From a virus (Duplodnaviria > Heunggongvirae > Uroviricota > Caudoviricetes), in IMG/VR virus record IMGVR_UViG_2671180903_000020: a stretch of DNA of 27,580 nt; one strand, given 5' to 3'. The notes under the pieces are model-generated. The model had not been told where the DNA came from and made no database searches. It worked only from the letters and a program-made list of their open reading frames with translations. A program made the translations under genes and the position numbers. Of the stretch, positions 1 to 8,472 are shown one piece after another. The first letter of the stretch is position 1. Every line of letters begins with the position of its first letter.

Positions 1-1074
1 TCATTTGTTGATTTCAATTTTGTCCCATTCTCTCCCTCGGCTGTCCCTATACCGCGCCGCCATTGAATCTGATTTATGTCCGAGAAGACGTTGGGCAAAC
101 TTATCGCCAATCTGATTGCGGTATAGTCTCGCCGACAGGCTACGCAGTTCATGGAATGTTGGCGGGTCTCCATCAAATGAGAGTCCAGATGCATTTCTCG
201 CCTTTGTAAAATACTTCGATACTGTTTTCGGGGAAAGTGGTTCGTGATGCGTTGATGCAATTATAGTGTCACTGCCGCTGGCCTCCCTGCATTTCTGTAG
301 TATATCAGCCAATGAGATATTGAGCGCGTCAATCGTTAGCGTCAGCGGAATGGCGAGCTTAGCCCCTGTTTTACCCTGTTCAATGTGAAGATGGTTGTCG
401 TTTATGTCTGACCATTTCATTTTGCACAAATCGCCGACTCTCTGACCTGTAACGACGGCCAAATCCATCGCAAGCCTCAGCCAGATTGGGAGAGGTTCGG
501 CTGCATGGTGAATCGCGACATACTCATTAGCTGTCAGCCTTGAGCGCCTTACTTCTGACTTTGCTGTGCGGGTTGCTGTTACCGGATTCGTAGCCACATG
601 CCCCTCGGCTATTGCCTCACGAAAAACGTCAACAAGGGTTGACCTGATTAATTTTGCGGAAGCCGTTTTACCTTCTGCTACGTAGGTGTTTAGCATTGCT
701 GCCACCTCTTTCGTTGATATGTCAGCGAGCGGTTTGTCCGGCAATTTTCTTCGGATTGCCCTGATTTTGCTGGCGTAGTCGAGTAGAGTTTTCGGCCTGA
801 TACCCCTCTCGCTGAGGATTGTTTCATATCGGTCAAGCCACGCATGAAGAGTGATTGCGTCAGCGCCTTTAATTCTGTCTATCAGTGACTCACGCCTGCT
901 CCCGGATAGCAACTCAATATTGGCCTGTATTGCTTCAGTGATTGCTATCCTCCTGTCTCGGCCTAATCCGAACTCTTTACCCGTCCTTGGGTCCCTGTAG
1001 CAGTAATATCCATTGTTTCTTATATAAAGGTTAGGGGGTAAATCCCGGCGCTCATGACTTCGCCTTCTTCCCAT
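1..1074 (-). CDS. int: Tyrosine integrase, lambda Int-like (357 aa); the window starts at its stop codon
   Basis: ORF-track protein begins MGRRRSHERRDLPPNLYIRNNGYYCYRDPRTGKEFGLGRDRR and ends ...HKSDSMAARYRDSRGREWDKIEINK, near-identical to my recollection of lambda Int; overlaps xis as in lambda. Confidence 0.95.
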   Translation of the reverse strand: MGRRRSHERRDLPPNLYIRNNGYYCYRDPRTGKEFGLGRDRRIAITEAIQANIELLSGSRRESLIDRIKGADAITLHAWLDRYETILSERGIRPKTLLDYASKIRAIRRKLPDKPLADISTKEVAAMLNTYVAEGKTASAKLIRSTLVDVFREAIAEGHVATNPVTATRTAKSEVRRSRLTANEYVAIHHAAEPLPIWLRLAMDLAVVTGQRVGDLCKMKWSDINDNHLHIEQGKTGAKLAIPLTLTIDALNISLADILQKCREASGSDTIIASTHHEPLSPKTVSKYFTKARNASGLSFDGDPPTFHELRSLSARLYRNQIGDKFAQRLLGHKSDSMAARYRDSRGREWDKIEINK

Positions 1075-1270
1075 TTCTGATCCTCTTCAAAAGGCTACCT
1101 GTTACTGGTCGATTTAAGTCAACCTTTACCGCTGATTCGTGGAACAGATACTCTCTTCCATCCTTAACCGGAGGAGGGAATATCCTGCATTCGCGCACCC
1201 ATCGACGAACTGTTTCAAGGCTTCTTGGGCGTCGCTGGCGTGCATTCCACTCCTGAAGTGTCAAGTACAT
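1052..1270 (-). CDS. xis: Excisionase (72 aa)
   Basis: Protein MYLTLQEWNARQRRPRSLETVRRWVRECRIFPPPVKDGREYLFHESAVKVDLNRPV... matches lambda Xis from memory; 23-nt overlap with int start. Confidence 0.9.
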   Translation of the reverse strand: MYLTLQEWNARQRRPRSLETVRRWVRECRIFPPPVKDGREYLFHESAVKVDLNRPVTGSLLKRIRNGKKAKS

Positions 1271-1560
1271 CGCAAAGTCTCCGCAATTACACGCAAGAAA
1301 AAACCGCCATCAGGCGGCTTGGTGTTCTTTCAGTTCTTCAATACAAATATTGGTTACGTCTGCATGCGCTATCTGCGCCCATATCATCCAGTGGTTATAG
1401 CAGTCGTTGATGTTCTCTGCTTCGATAACCCTGTTGAATGGCTCTCCATTCCATTCACCTGTGACTCGGAAGTGCATTTATCATCTCCATAAAACAAAAC
1501 TCGCCGTAGCGAGTTCAGATATAATTTCCACCAAAGGCAGTAGTTGCTTGATGCTAAGAA

Positions 1561-1989
1561 TTATTCAATATCTATTCCTGTAATATCTTTTATCTTTTTC
1601 CTTGCAAAGCCTTTTGCTAGTGATTTTGAAACACTCATAAGTGTACTAATTCCCTCATCCTTAAAGTTTGTTTTTATAGCTTGCCAGACATCCTTTTGAC
1701 GTAAGTCAGCAATAAAATCATGCCCTCTTGCTGTCAACCTCAGTGGTACTTCGATCCAACTATATCCAACACCTTCCCCTAACGCTTTGGACATTATATG
1801 ACCGAACCCAGGTTTTCCATCAACCCTGACTATTAATTCGTAGTCACATAATAATCGCATATGGAAAATAAAATCTTGGTCATATCTATTAAAGCCATTA
1901 TCCTCTAGTTCACTAAGCATCGTGTCAGGGCCACGAGTTTTTTCGAATGCGATAAGTAGATCTTTTAGATATTGCTGGTCTAATTTCAT
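1561..1989 (-). CDS. Hypothetical protein (142 aa), AT-rich accessory gene; family not recognised
   Basis: Intact ORF with GGAGGCGGC Shine-Dalgarno upstream of ATG at 1989; markedly lower GC than int/xis; 28-nt spacer to upstream gene suggests co-transcription. Confidence 0.6.
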   Translation of the reverse strand: MKLDQQYLKDLLIAFEKTRGPDTMLSELEDNGFNRYDQDFIFHMRLLCDYELIVRVDGKPGFGHIMSKALGEGVGYSWIEVPLRLTARGHDFIADLRQKDVWQAIKTNFKDEGISTLMSVSKSLAKGFARKKIKDITGIDIE

Positions 1990-2017
1990 TGCCGCCTCCG
2001 TGACATGTCACAGAGAT

Positions 2018-2356
2018 TTATATCATTAATTTTGTTTCGTGCCAGCCTTTGGTCACCCAGCATTGTGAGTCACCATTACACGGGCATGAATTAACAGGAA
2101 CTCTCTCGCCGCACTTACCGCAACGTTTTCTGCTGATCGATTTTATACGCCAGCGCACACGTGCATCATCCTGGCGGCTCAGTAACTCGATGTACTCACC
2201 AAACTCGCAAGGCGCACGCCTGAAGCGACGCGTGGCACAGTTACGCTCCAGCATTTCAATTTCCTGAGCATCAAGTACAAGCTCCAGCTTACGCATACCG
2301 GATGATGCTTGCTTGGCTCTCTGATCGGCTTTGTGCTCTGTTGCTGATTTAGCCAT
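2018..2356 (-). CDS. Hypothetical Cys-rich protein (112 aa) with possible ribbon-helix-helix-like N-terminus and C-terminal CxxC...CPC cluster
   Basis: ORF in track; motif KLELVLDAQEIEMLERN then RKRCGKCGERVPVNSCPCNGDSQC; function not recognised. Confidence 0.5.
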   Translation of the reverse strand: MAKSATEHKADQRAKQASSGMRKLELVLDAQEIEMLERNCATRRFRRAPCEFGEYIELLSRQDDARVRWRIKSISRKRCGKCGERVPVNSCPCNGDSQCWVTKGWHETKLMI

Positions 2357-2552
2357 TCTGCTTTTCCTGCATCAGGAGAAAGACAATCATGGCGGCGCGG
2401 ATACTTCCGGTATCTTTTTACGCGATATTCCCCTTCAATGGCACATACAAGAAGAGAGCCATCAACAGGAGTGATTGAGGAATCGACAACCAGCAACGCT
2501 TAATTATCTATAGTGTCGTATTTGCTTCATAAAATATGGCGAATAACACAAA

Positions 2553-2584
2553 GCCCGCAGCAGCTCATTGTGCGGGCTTTTCTT
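2553..2584 (-). terminator. Rho-independent terminator-like hairpin (GCCCGCA/TGCGGGC stem) with T/A runs on both sides; possibly bidirectional
   Basis: aaGCCCGCAgcagctcattgTGCGGGCtttt read directly; lies just downstream of the 2650..3264 gene on the minus strand. Confidence 0.5.
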
Positions 2585-2649
2585 ATACCTACCTCCTAGA
2601 GATAATTCTATGGAGGCATTAAATCAATACTGTCATTGGTGATATCATA

Positions 2650-3264
2650 TTATCTAAAAGTCTTTCCACTTTTAACATCTAGGTATATTCTGTTCGACAA
2701 CGTCATTCCTCCGCAATATGTGAAATAGATGTTTTCACCCTTATTGCTTGATGCCATCCACCCTCCGATTTCCTTAAAATCGCTTTCCGTGCAGACCCCT
2801 TCATTTATTAACTTCCTAGCTGCCGAAGAAAACTCTTTTTTGTATATACGGTAGTCATCAGATCCTTTGATTAAAGTATCATCTCCGCTCGCATTTTCAG
2901 CAGGATCTGATGGCCTTTCACTGCTAAGATCACTAAGTTTAACCCATTCTGAAAACTTGCCATTAACGATTCCATTTTTTCTTGTGCAGGATTTATTACC
3001 TTCTTTAATATATTCGCTTTCCCCTCCAACACATGAGGCTGAATATGGCTCAGTTATACGAACCCATTCACCTTTTTTTTCTAGAAAATCTACGCCTTCC
3101 CTGAAAAATAGTTTCCCAGCCACTCCACATTTACTTGAAGGGCAGGTATGTCTTTCCGTTCGATCAACAACAACCCATAGTTTTGATTCATTTTTTGCCA
3201 TTGCCGATGGTATTTGAGATGAGACAATTAACGTAAGCCCTAAAATTAGTATTGATTTTTTCAT
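2650..3264 (-). CDS. Secreted Cys-rich protein of unknown function (204 aa) with Sec-type signal peptide
   Basis: N-terminus MKKSILILGLTLIVSSQIPSAMA-KN; about eight Cys in mature part; AT-rich coding sequence compared with flanking phage genes. Confidence 0.65.
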   Translation of the reverse strand: MKKSILILGLTLIVSSQIPSAMAKNESKLWVVVDRTERHTCPSSKCGVAGKLFFREGVDFLEKKGEWVRITEPYSASCVGGESEYIKEGNKSCTRKNGIVNGKFSEWVKLSDLSSERPSDPAENASGDDTLIKGSDDYRIYKKEFSSAARKLINEGVCTESDFKEIGGWMASSNKGENIYFTYCGGMTLSNRIYLDVKSGKTFR

Positions 3265-3562
3265 TGTAATTTCCTTTTACTTTTTACAAAGCGTTTAATC
3301 ATGGCTGATTATCTCTAAGCGTAGTAACAGCCTTGTGCGAAACATGTTACCAAATCGCCATTTCAGTGTATCCGCAGTTAGGCTGCCACTTCAAGGATTC
3401 CTAATTACATGGTACGTAAGCGTAAAATCCCGTTGGTTGGCGGGTAATAACTCTGATCAAATCTCCCTTGTCTTTTGCTCTTACGTATGCAGCTCTTGTG
3501 TATTCAACCCAGGCCTCCAGTTCAGCAATACGCTTACTTCCATCCGAGATAACACCTTCTAC

Positions 3563-3814
3563 TCACGCTGCTCGTTGAGTTTTGATTTTTGCTGTCTCCA
3601 GCTCAACACGCAGTTTCCCCACCGTTAGCGCAATATCCTCGTTATCCTGGTCGCGGCGTTTGATGTATTGCTGGTTTCTTTCCCTTTCATCCAGCAGTGT
3701 CAGCACAATCGATGGTGTTACCAGCTCATGGAAATGGTCCGCGTCAAATCCCCAGTTGTCATGCATTGCCTGCTCTGCCGCTTCACGCAGTGCCTGAGAG
3801 TGAATTACGCTCAC
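3563..3814 (-). CDS. Hypothetical protein (83 aa) in the position lambda gives to ea22
   Basis: ORF in track, 4-nt overlap with upstream orf73-like gene; no family recognised. Confidence 0.45.
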   Translation of the reverse strand: MSVIHSQALREAAEQAMHDNWGFDADHFHELVTPSIVLTLLDERERNQQYIKRRDQDNEDIALTVGKLRVELETAKIKTQRAA

Positions 3815-4032
3815 TTCGAACCTCTCTGTTTACTGATAAGCTCCAGATCCTCCTGGCAACTTGCACAAGTCCGACAACCCTGAACGACCAAGCGTCTTCG
3901 TTCATCTATGGGATCGCCACACTCACAACAATGAGTGGCAGATATAGTCTGGTAGTTCAGACGACGCATTTTTATTGCTGTATTGCGCTGTAATTCTTCA
4001 ATTTCTGATGCTGAATCAATGATGTCCGCCAT
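3811..4032 (-). CDS. orf73: TraR/DksA-family C4 zinc-finger protein (73 aa), lambda Orf73-like
   Basis: CCECGDPIDERRRLVVQGCRTCASCQ = CxxC-17-CxxC spacing typical of TraR/DksA; 73 aa as in lambda Orf73. Confidence 0.75.
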   Translation of the reverse strand: MADIIDSASEIEELQRNTAIKMRRLNYQTISATHCCECGDPIDERRRLVVQGCRTCASCQEDLELISKQRGSK

Positions 4033-4083
4033 CTTTCATTAATCCCTGAATTGTTGGTTAATACGCTTGAGGGTGAATGCGAA

Positions 4084-4108
4084 TAATAAAAAAGGAGCCT
4101 GTAGCTCC
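4084..4108 (-). terminator. Rho-independent terminator-like hairpin (GGAGC-tacag-GCTCC followed by T7 on minus strand)
   Basis: Read directly from sequence between the 93-aa gene and orf73. Confidence 0.4.
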
Positions 4109-4130
4109 CTGATGATTTTGCTTTTCATGT

Positions 4131-4412
4131 TCACCGTTCCTTAAAGACGCCGTTTAACATACCGATTGCCAGACTTAAGTGAGTCGGTGTGAATCCCATC
4201 AGCGTTACCGTTTCGCGGTGCTTCTTCAGTACGCTACGGCAAATGTCATCGACGTTTTTATCCGGAAACTGCTGTCTGGCTTTTTTGATTTCAGAATTAG
4301 CCTGACGGGCAATACTGCGAAGGGCGTTTTCTTGCTGAGGTGTCATTGAACAAGTCCCATGTCGGCAAGCATAAGCACACAGAATATGAAGCTCGCTGCC
4401 AGAAAAATGCAT
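4131..4412 (-). CDS. Hypothetical protein (93 aa)
   Basis: ORF in track, co-oriented with early-left operon; family not recognised. Confidence 0.45.
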   Translation of the reverse strand: MHFSGSELHILCAYACRHGTCSMTPQQENALRSIARQANSEIKKARQQFPDKNVDDICRSVLKKHRETVTLMGFTPTHLSLAIGMLNGVFKER

Positions 4413-4422
4413 TCAGTGGTTG

Positions 4423-4620
4423 TCATACCTGGTCTCTCTCATCTGCTTCTGCTTCTGCTTTCGCCACCATCATTTCCAGCTTTTGTGAAAGGGATGTTGC
4501 GAACGTATGAAATTCTTCGTCTGTTTCTACTGGTATTGGCACAAACCTGACTCCAATTTGAGCGAGGCTATGTGCCATCCCGATACTCGTTCTTAATTCA
4601 ACAGGAGATGCTTTGTGCAT
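4423..4620 (-). CDS. Small protein (65 aa) at the lambda orf63 position
   Basis: 28-nt overlap with the next gene, the same overlap I recall for lambda orf63/orf60a; positional call only. Confidence 0.45.
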   Translation of the reverse strand: MHKASPVELRTSIGMAHSLAQIGVRFVPIPVETDEEFHTFATSLSQKLEMMVAKAEAEADERDQV

Positions 4621-4781
4621 ACAGCCCCTCGCTTATTATTTATCTCTTCAGCCAGCCGCTGTGCTTTCAGTGGATTTCGGATAACAGAAAGGCCGGGAAA
4701 TACCCAGCCTCGCTTTGTAACGGAGTAGACGAAAGTGATCGTGCCTACCCGGATATTATCGTGAGGATGCTTCATTACCAT
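4593..4781 (-). CDS. Small protein (about 60 aa) at the lambda orf60a position; start may be GTG 4778 or ATG 4775
   Basis: Immediately downstream of exo with overlapping stop/start; positional call only. Confidence 0.45.
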   Translation of the reverse strand: MVMKHPHDNIRVGTITFVYSVTKRGWVFPGLSVIRNPLKAQRLAEEINNKRGAVCTKHLLLN

Positions 4782-5452
4782 TGCTCCCCATATACAAAAC
4801 CAATTTCAGCCAGTGCCTCGTCCATTTTTTCGATGAACTCCGGCACCATCTCGTCAAAACTCGCCATGTACTTTTCATTCCGCTCAATCACGACATAATG
4901 CAGGCCTTCACGCTTCATGCGCGGGTCATAGTTGGCAAAGTACCAGGCATCTTTTCGTGTCACCCACATGCTGTACTGCACCTGGGCCATGTAAGCCGAT
5001 TTTATGGCCTCGAAACCACCGAGCCGGAACTTCATGAAATCCCGGGAGGTAAACGGGCATTTCAGCTCAAGGCCGTTGCCGTCACTGCATAAACCATCGG
5101 GAGAGCAGGCGGTGCGCATACTTTCGTCGCGATAGATGATCGGGGATTCAGTAACATTCACGCCGGAAGTGAACTCAAAGAGGGTTCTGGCGTCGTTCTC
5201 GTACTGTTTTCCCCAGGCCAGAGCCTTAGCGTTAACTTCCGGAGCCACACCGGTGCAAACCTCAGCCAGCAGGGTGTGGAAGTAGGACATTTTCATGTCA
5301 GGCCACTTCTTTCCTGATCGGGGTTTTGCTATTACGTTGTGAATTTCTGAAGCTGTGATGACGCCGAGCCGTAATTTGTGCCACGCATCATCTCCCTGCT
5401 CGATAGCTCTCACGTCGATCCCAGTACGCTGCAGGATAATGTCCGGTGTCAT
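4775..5452 (-). CDS. exo: Lambda exonuclease (Red alpha, 225 aa)
   Basis: Protein [65 protein letters not shown]... matches lambda Exo. Confidence 0.95.
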   Translation of the reverse strand: MTPDIILQRTGIDVRAIEQGDDAWHKLRLGVITASEIHNVIAKPRSGKKWPDMKMSYFHTLLAEVCTGVAPEVNAKALAWGKQYENDARTLFEFTSGVNVTESPIIYRDESMRTACSPDGLCSDGNGLELKCPFTSRDFMKFRLGGFEAIKSAYMAQVQYSMWVTRKDAWYFANYDPRMKREGLHYVVIERNEKYMASFDEMVPEFIEKMDEALAEIGFVYGEQW

Positions 5453-6234
5453 GCTGCCACCTTCTGTTCAGTGGCTTTTTGTTTCAGGAATCCAAGAGCT
5501 TTTACTGCTTCGGCCTGTGTCAGTTCTGACGATGCACGAATGTCGCGGCGAAATATCTGGGAACAGAGCGGCAATAAGTCGTCATCCCATGTTTTATCCA
5601 GGGCGATCAGCAGAGTGTTAATTTCCTGCATGGTTTCATCGTTAACCGGAGTGATGTCGCGTTCCGGCTGACGTTCTGCAGTGTATGCGGTATTTTCGAC
5701 AATGCGCTCGGCTTCATCCTTGTCATAGATACCAGCAAATCCGAAGGCGAGACGGGCACACTGAATCATGGCTTTATGACGTAACATCCGTTTGGGATGC
5801 GACTGCCACGGCCCCGTGATTTCTCTGCCTTCGCGGGTTTTGAATGGTTCGCGGCGGCATTCATCCATCCACTCGGTAACGCAGATCGGATGATTACGGT
5901 CCTTGCGGTAAATCCGGCATGTGCAGGATTCATTGTCCTGCTCAAAGTCCATGCCATCAAACTGCTGGTTTTCGTTGATGATGCGGGACCAGCCATCAAC
6001 GCCCACCACCGGAACGATGCCGTTCTGCTTATCAGGGAAGGCGTAAATTTCTTTCGTCCACGGATTAAGGCCGTACTGGTTGGCGACGATCAGCAATGCG
6101 ATGAACTGCGCATCGCTGGCATCACCTTTAAATGCCGTCTGGCGAAGAGTGGTGATCAGTTCCTGTGGGTCGACAGAATCCATGCCGACACGTTCAGCCA
6201 GCTTCCCAGCCAGCGTTGCGAGTGCTGTACTCAT
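5449..6234 (-). CDS. bet: Single-strand annealing protein Bet (Red beta, 261 aa)
   Basis: Protein [82 protein letters not shown]... matches lambda Bet; 4-nt overlap with exo. Confidence 0.95.
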   Translation of the reverse strand: MSTALATLAGKLAERVGMDSVDPQELITTLRQTAFKGDASDAQFIALLIVANQYGLNPWTKEIYAFPDKQNGIVPVVGVDGWSRIINENQQFDGMDFEQDNESCTCRIYRKDRNHPICVTEWMDECRREPFKTREGREITGPWQSHPKRMLRHKAMIQCARLAFGFAGIYDKDEAERIVENTAYTAERQPERDITPVNDETMQEINTLLIALDKTWDDDLLPLCSQIFRRDIRASSELTQAEAVKALGFLKQKATEQKVAA

Positions 6235-6239
6235 CCGTT

Positions 6240-6536
6240 TTATACCTCTGAATCAATATCAACCTGGTGGTGAGCAATGGTTTCAACCATGTACCGGATG
6301 TGTTCTGCCATGCGTTCCTGAAACTCAACATCGTCATCAAACGCACGGGTAATGGCTTTTTTGCTGGCCCCGTGGCGTTGCAAATGATCGATGCATAGCG
6401 ATTCAAACAGGTGCTGGGGCAGGCCTTTTTCCATGTCGTCTGCCAGTTCTGCCTCTTTCTCTTCACGGGCGATCTGCTGGTAGTGACGCGCCCAGCTCTG
6501 AGCCTCAAGACGATCCTGAATGTAATAAGCGTTCAT
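6240..6536 (-). CDS. gam: Gam, RecBCD inhibitor (98 aa short form only)
   Basis: Protein [60 protein letters not shown]... matches lambda GamS; upstream in-frame region reaches a stop without another start codon. Confidence 0.9.
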   Translation of the reverse strand: MNAYYIQDRLEAQSWARHYQQIAREEKEAELADDMEKGLPQHLFESLCIDHLQRHGASKKAITRAFDDDVEFQERMAEHIRYMVETIAHHQVDIDSEV

Positions 6537-6590
6537 GGCTGAACTCCTGAAAATGGCTGTGAAAATATCGCCCGCGAAATGCCAGGCTGA

Positions 6591-6755
6591 TTAGGAAAAC
6601 AGGAAAGGGGGGTAGTGAATGCTTTTGCTTGATCTCAGTTTCTGTATTAATATCCATTTTTTATAAGCGTCGACGGCCTCACGAAACATCTTTTCATCGC
6701 CAATAAAAGTGGCGATAGTGAATTTAGTCTGGATAGCCATAATTGTTTGATCCAT
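6591..6755 (-). CDS. kil: Kil (host cell-division inhibitor), 54 aa from internal Met of the tracked ORF
   Basis: [43 protein letters not shown]... resembles lambda Kil; start ATG 6755 overlaps the 3' end of cIII by 32 nt as in lambda. Confidence 0.75.
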   Translation of the reverse strand: MDQTIMAIQTKFTIATFIGDEKMFREAVDAYKKWILIQKLRSSKSIHYPPFLFS

Positions 6756-6894
6756 TTTTCGGGACTCCTGGCTGATTAAGTATGTCGATAAGGCGTTTCC
6801 ATCCGTCACGTAATTTACGGGTAATTCGTTCAAGTAAAGATTCATTTAGTTGGAAGGCACCCATGCGAGCGCCTCCCGCGATTGCGTAAATCAT
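6724..6894 (-). CDS. cIII: cIII (56 aa), not in the ORF track (under 60 aa)
   Basis: Hand translation from ATG 6894: [56 protein letters not shown]; core [33 protein letters not shown] matches lambda CIII; AAGGAA Shine-Dalgarno 7 nt upstream. Confidence 0.8.
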   Translation of the reverse strand: MIYAIAGGARMGAFQLNESLLERITRKLRDGWKRLIDILNQPGVPKNGSNNYGYPD

Positions 6895-6918
6895 GGGTGG
6901 TTCCTTATGTTGGTTTTA

Positions 6919-7887
6919 TTAGTAGGTTATTTTTGTTGCGAATACTTCGCCTTTTACGATGGCTGTTATGATATTTTTAGCAACATCTTCTGATGCACCA
7001 ACCTTGATAAGGTCAGCAAGTATTTTGTTATTTACTTCTTTCCGGTGAGCTTTATCCTTTGCTCTACGCTCTTCTTCTTCCTTGATTCTTTTTTCTTCTG
7101 CTATTCTGGCTTGCTCTTTTGCTTCAGCCTCGCGCCGGATTCGTTCAGCCTCCTCCTGTGCTTTTCGGCGTTCTGCTTCAATTGCCGCCTGCTTTTCTCT
7201 TTCAGCTCGTTCTGCTGCCTCTTTTGCTTCGCGCTGTGCTCGTTGCTCGGCTTCAATGCGTTCACGCTCTGCACGTTCCGCTGCGGCCTTAGCTTCTGCT
7301 TCTCGCCTTGCTGCTGCTTCAATTTCGGCTTTTGCCTTTGCTTCGGCTTCTGCTCTGGCTTTCTCTTCAGCTTCTCTTTTTAAGCGTTCTTCATGCTCTC
7401 GCTTTTCCTGCTCCGCTTTGAGTCTTGCCTCTTCTCTTTTGCGGTCAAATTCGCGATCCATCAAAATCGCTATTTCATGGTCAGACTCAATTTGCTTTGC
7501 GAGAGCTTCAGCTGCTGCCTTAGCTTCTTCTTCGGCTTTAATCCGCGCCTGTTCTTCCTCATAATCAGTAAGAGGCTGGCGCGCCTTGGCTTTCAGCTCA
7601 TCAAGGCGATCACGCACTGTCTTGCGGTTGGCATCAATTAGCTTTGGAATTTCCTTCAGTTCAGCAACAAGGTCTTTGCCAAGACCATCGAGATATGTTT
7701 TCGTCTGCGCAACTTTATACGCCAGAGAAGCGATCTCCTTTCTGCCCTTTGCCGTTGTGATATCAGGCACAAAGGACATAACTTCACGTTCAACCTTTTG
7801 AAGGATTTCTTCAATCTGGTCGGCAGACTGAAATACAGTCATTGCATTTGCTTTTTCAATAACAACTAAATCTGTTACTTCACTCAT
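6919..7887 (-). CDS. Coiled-coil protein (322 aa) with a long low-complexity E/A/K/R-rich central region, in the position lambda gives to ea10
   Basis: ORF in track; central ~150 aa of EAKAKAE/AERAERE-type heptad repeats; produces the spurious Cys/Phe/Ser-rich antisense ORFs at 7045..7801. Confidence 0.7.
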   Translation of the reverse strand: MSEVTDLVVIEKANAMTVFQSADQIEEILQKVEREVMSFVPDITTAKGRKEIASLAYKVAQTKTYLDGLGKDLVAELKEIPKLIDANRKTVRDRLDELKAKARQPLTDYEEEQARIKAEEEAKAAAEALAKQIESDHEIAILMDREFDRKREEARLKAEQEKREHEERLKREAEEKARAEAEAKAKAEIEAAARREAEAKAAAERAERERIEAEQRAQREAKEAAERAEREKQAAIEAERRKAQEEAERIRREAEAKEQARIAEEKRIKEEEERRAKDKAHRKEVNNKILADLIKVGASEDVAKNIITAIVKGEVFATKITY

Positions 7888-7921
7888 ATATCCTCCTTCG
7901 TTGTATTCTTTAAAAACGCTC

Positions 7922-8290
7922 TCAGGCGGCTTTGATAGTCATATCATCTGAATCAAATATTCCTGATGTATCGATATCGGTAATTCTTATTCCTTCGCTA
8001 CCATCCATTGGAGGCCATCCTTCCTGACCATTTCCATCATTCCAGTCGAACTCACACACAACACCATATGCATTTAAGTCGCTTGAAATTGCTATAAGCA
8101 GAGCATGTTGCGCCAGCATGATTAATACAGCATTTAATACAGAGCCGTGTTTATTGAGTCGGTATTCAGAGTCTGACCAGAAATTATTAATCTGGTGAAG
8201 TTTTTCCTCTGTCATTACGTCATGGTCGATTTCAATTTCTATTGATGCTTTCCAGTCGTAATCAATGATGTATTTTTTGATGTTTGACAT
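7922..8290 (-). CDS. Strongly acidic hypothetical protein (122 aa)
   Basis: ORF in track; by my count 20+ Asp/Glu against fewer than 10 Lys/Arg; ends ...GIFDSDDMTIKAA; lies between ral and the coiled-coil gene. Confidence 0.55.
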   Translation of the reverse strand: MSNIKKYIIDYDWKASIEIEIDHDVMTEEKLHQINNFWSDSEYRLNKHGSVLNAVLIMLAQHALLIAISSDLNAYGVVCEFDWNDGNGQEGWPPMDGSEGIRITDIDTSGIFDSDDMTIKAA

Positions 8291-8310
8291 CTATTCATAT
8301 CCTCATAGAT

Positions 8311-8336
8311 AAAAAATCGCCCTCACACTGGAGGGC
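8311..8336 (-). terminator. Rho-independent terminator-like hairpin (GCCCTC-cagtgt-GAGGGC then U6 on minus strand)
   Basis: Read directly; located downstream of ral in the leftward transcription direction. Confidence 0.45.
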
Positions 8337-8472
8337 AAAGAAGATTTCCAATAATCAGAACAAATCGGCTCCTGTTTAGTTACGAGCGACATTGCTCCGT
8401 GTATTCACTCGTTGGAATGAATACACGGTGCAGTGTTTATTCTGTTATTTATGCCAAAAATAAAGGCCACTA

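Noticed and set aside
2179-2496. 105-aa minus-strand ORF overlapping the 2018..2356 gene
   Set aside because: Out-of-frame overlap with a better-supported gene that has proper spacing to its neighbour; likely a shadow ORF.
7045-7801. Several long plus-strand ORFs (Cys/Phe-rich and Ser/Ala-rich, 71-160 aa)
   Set aside because: They are antisense to the repetitive coiled-coil gene (6919..7887); low-complexity repeats keep all frames open. No start context, and the compositions are implausible.
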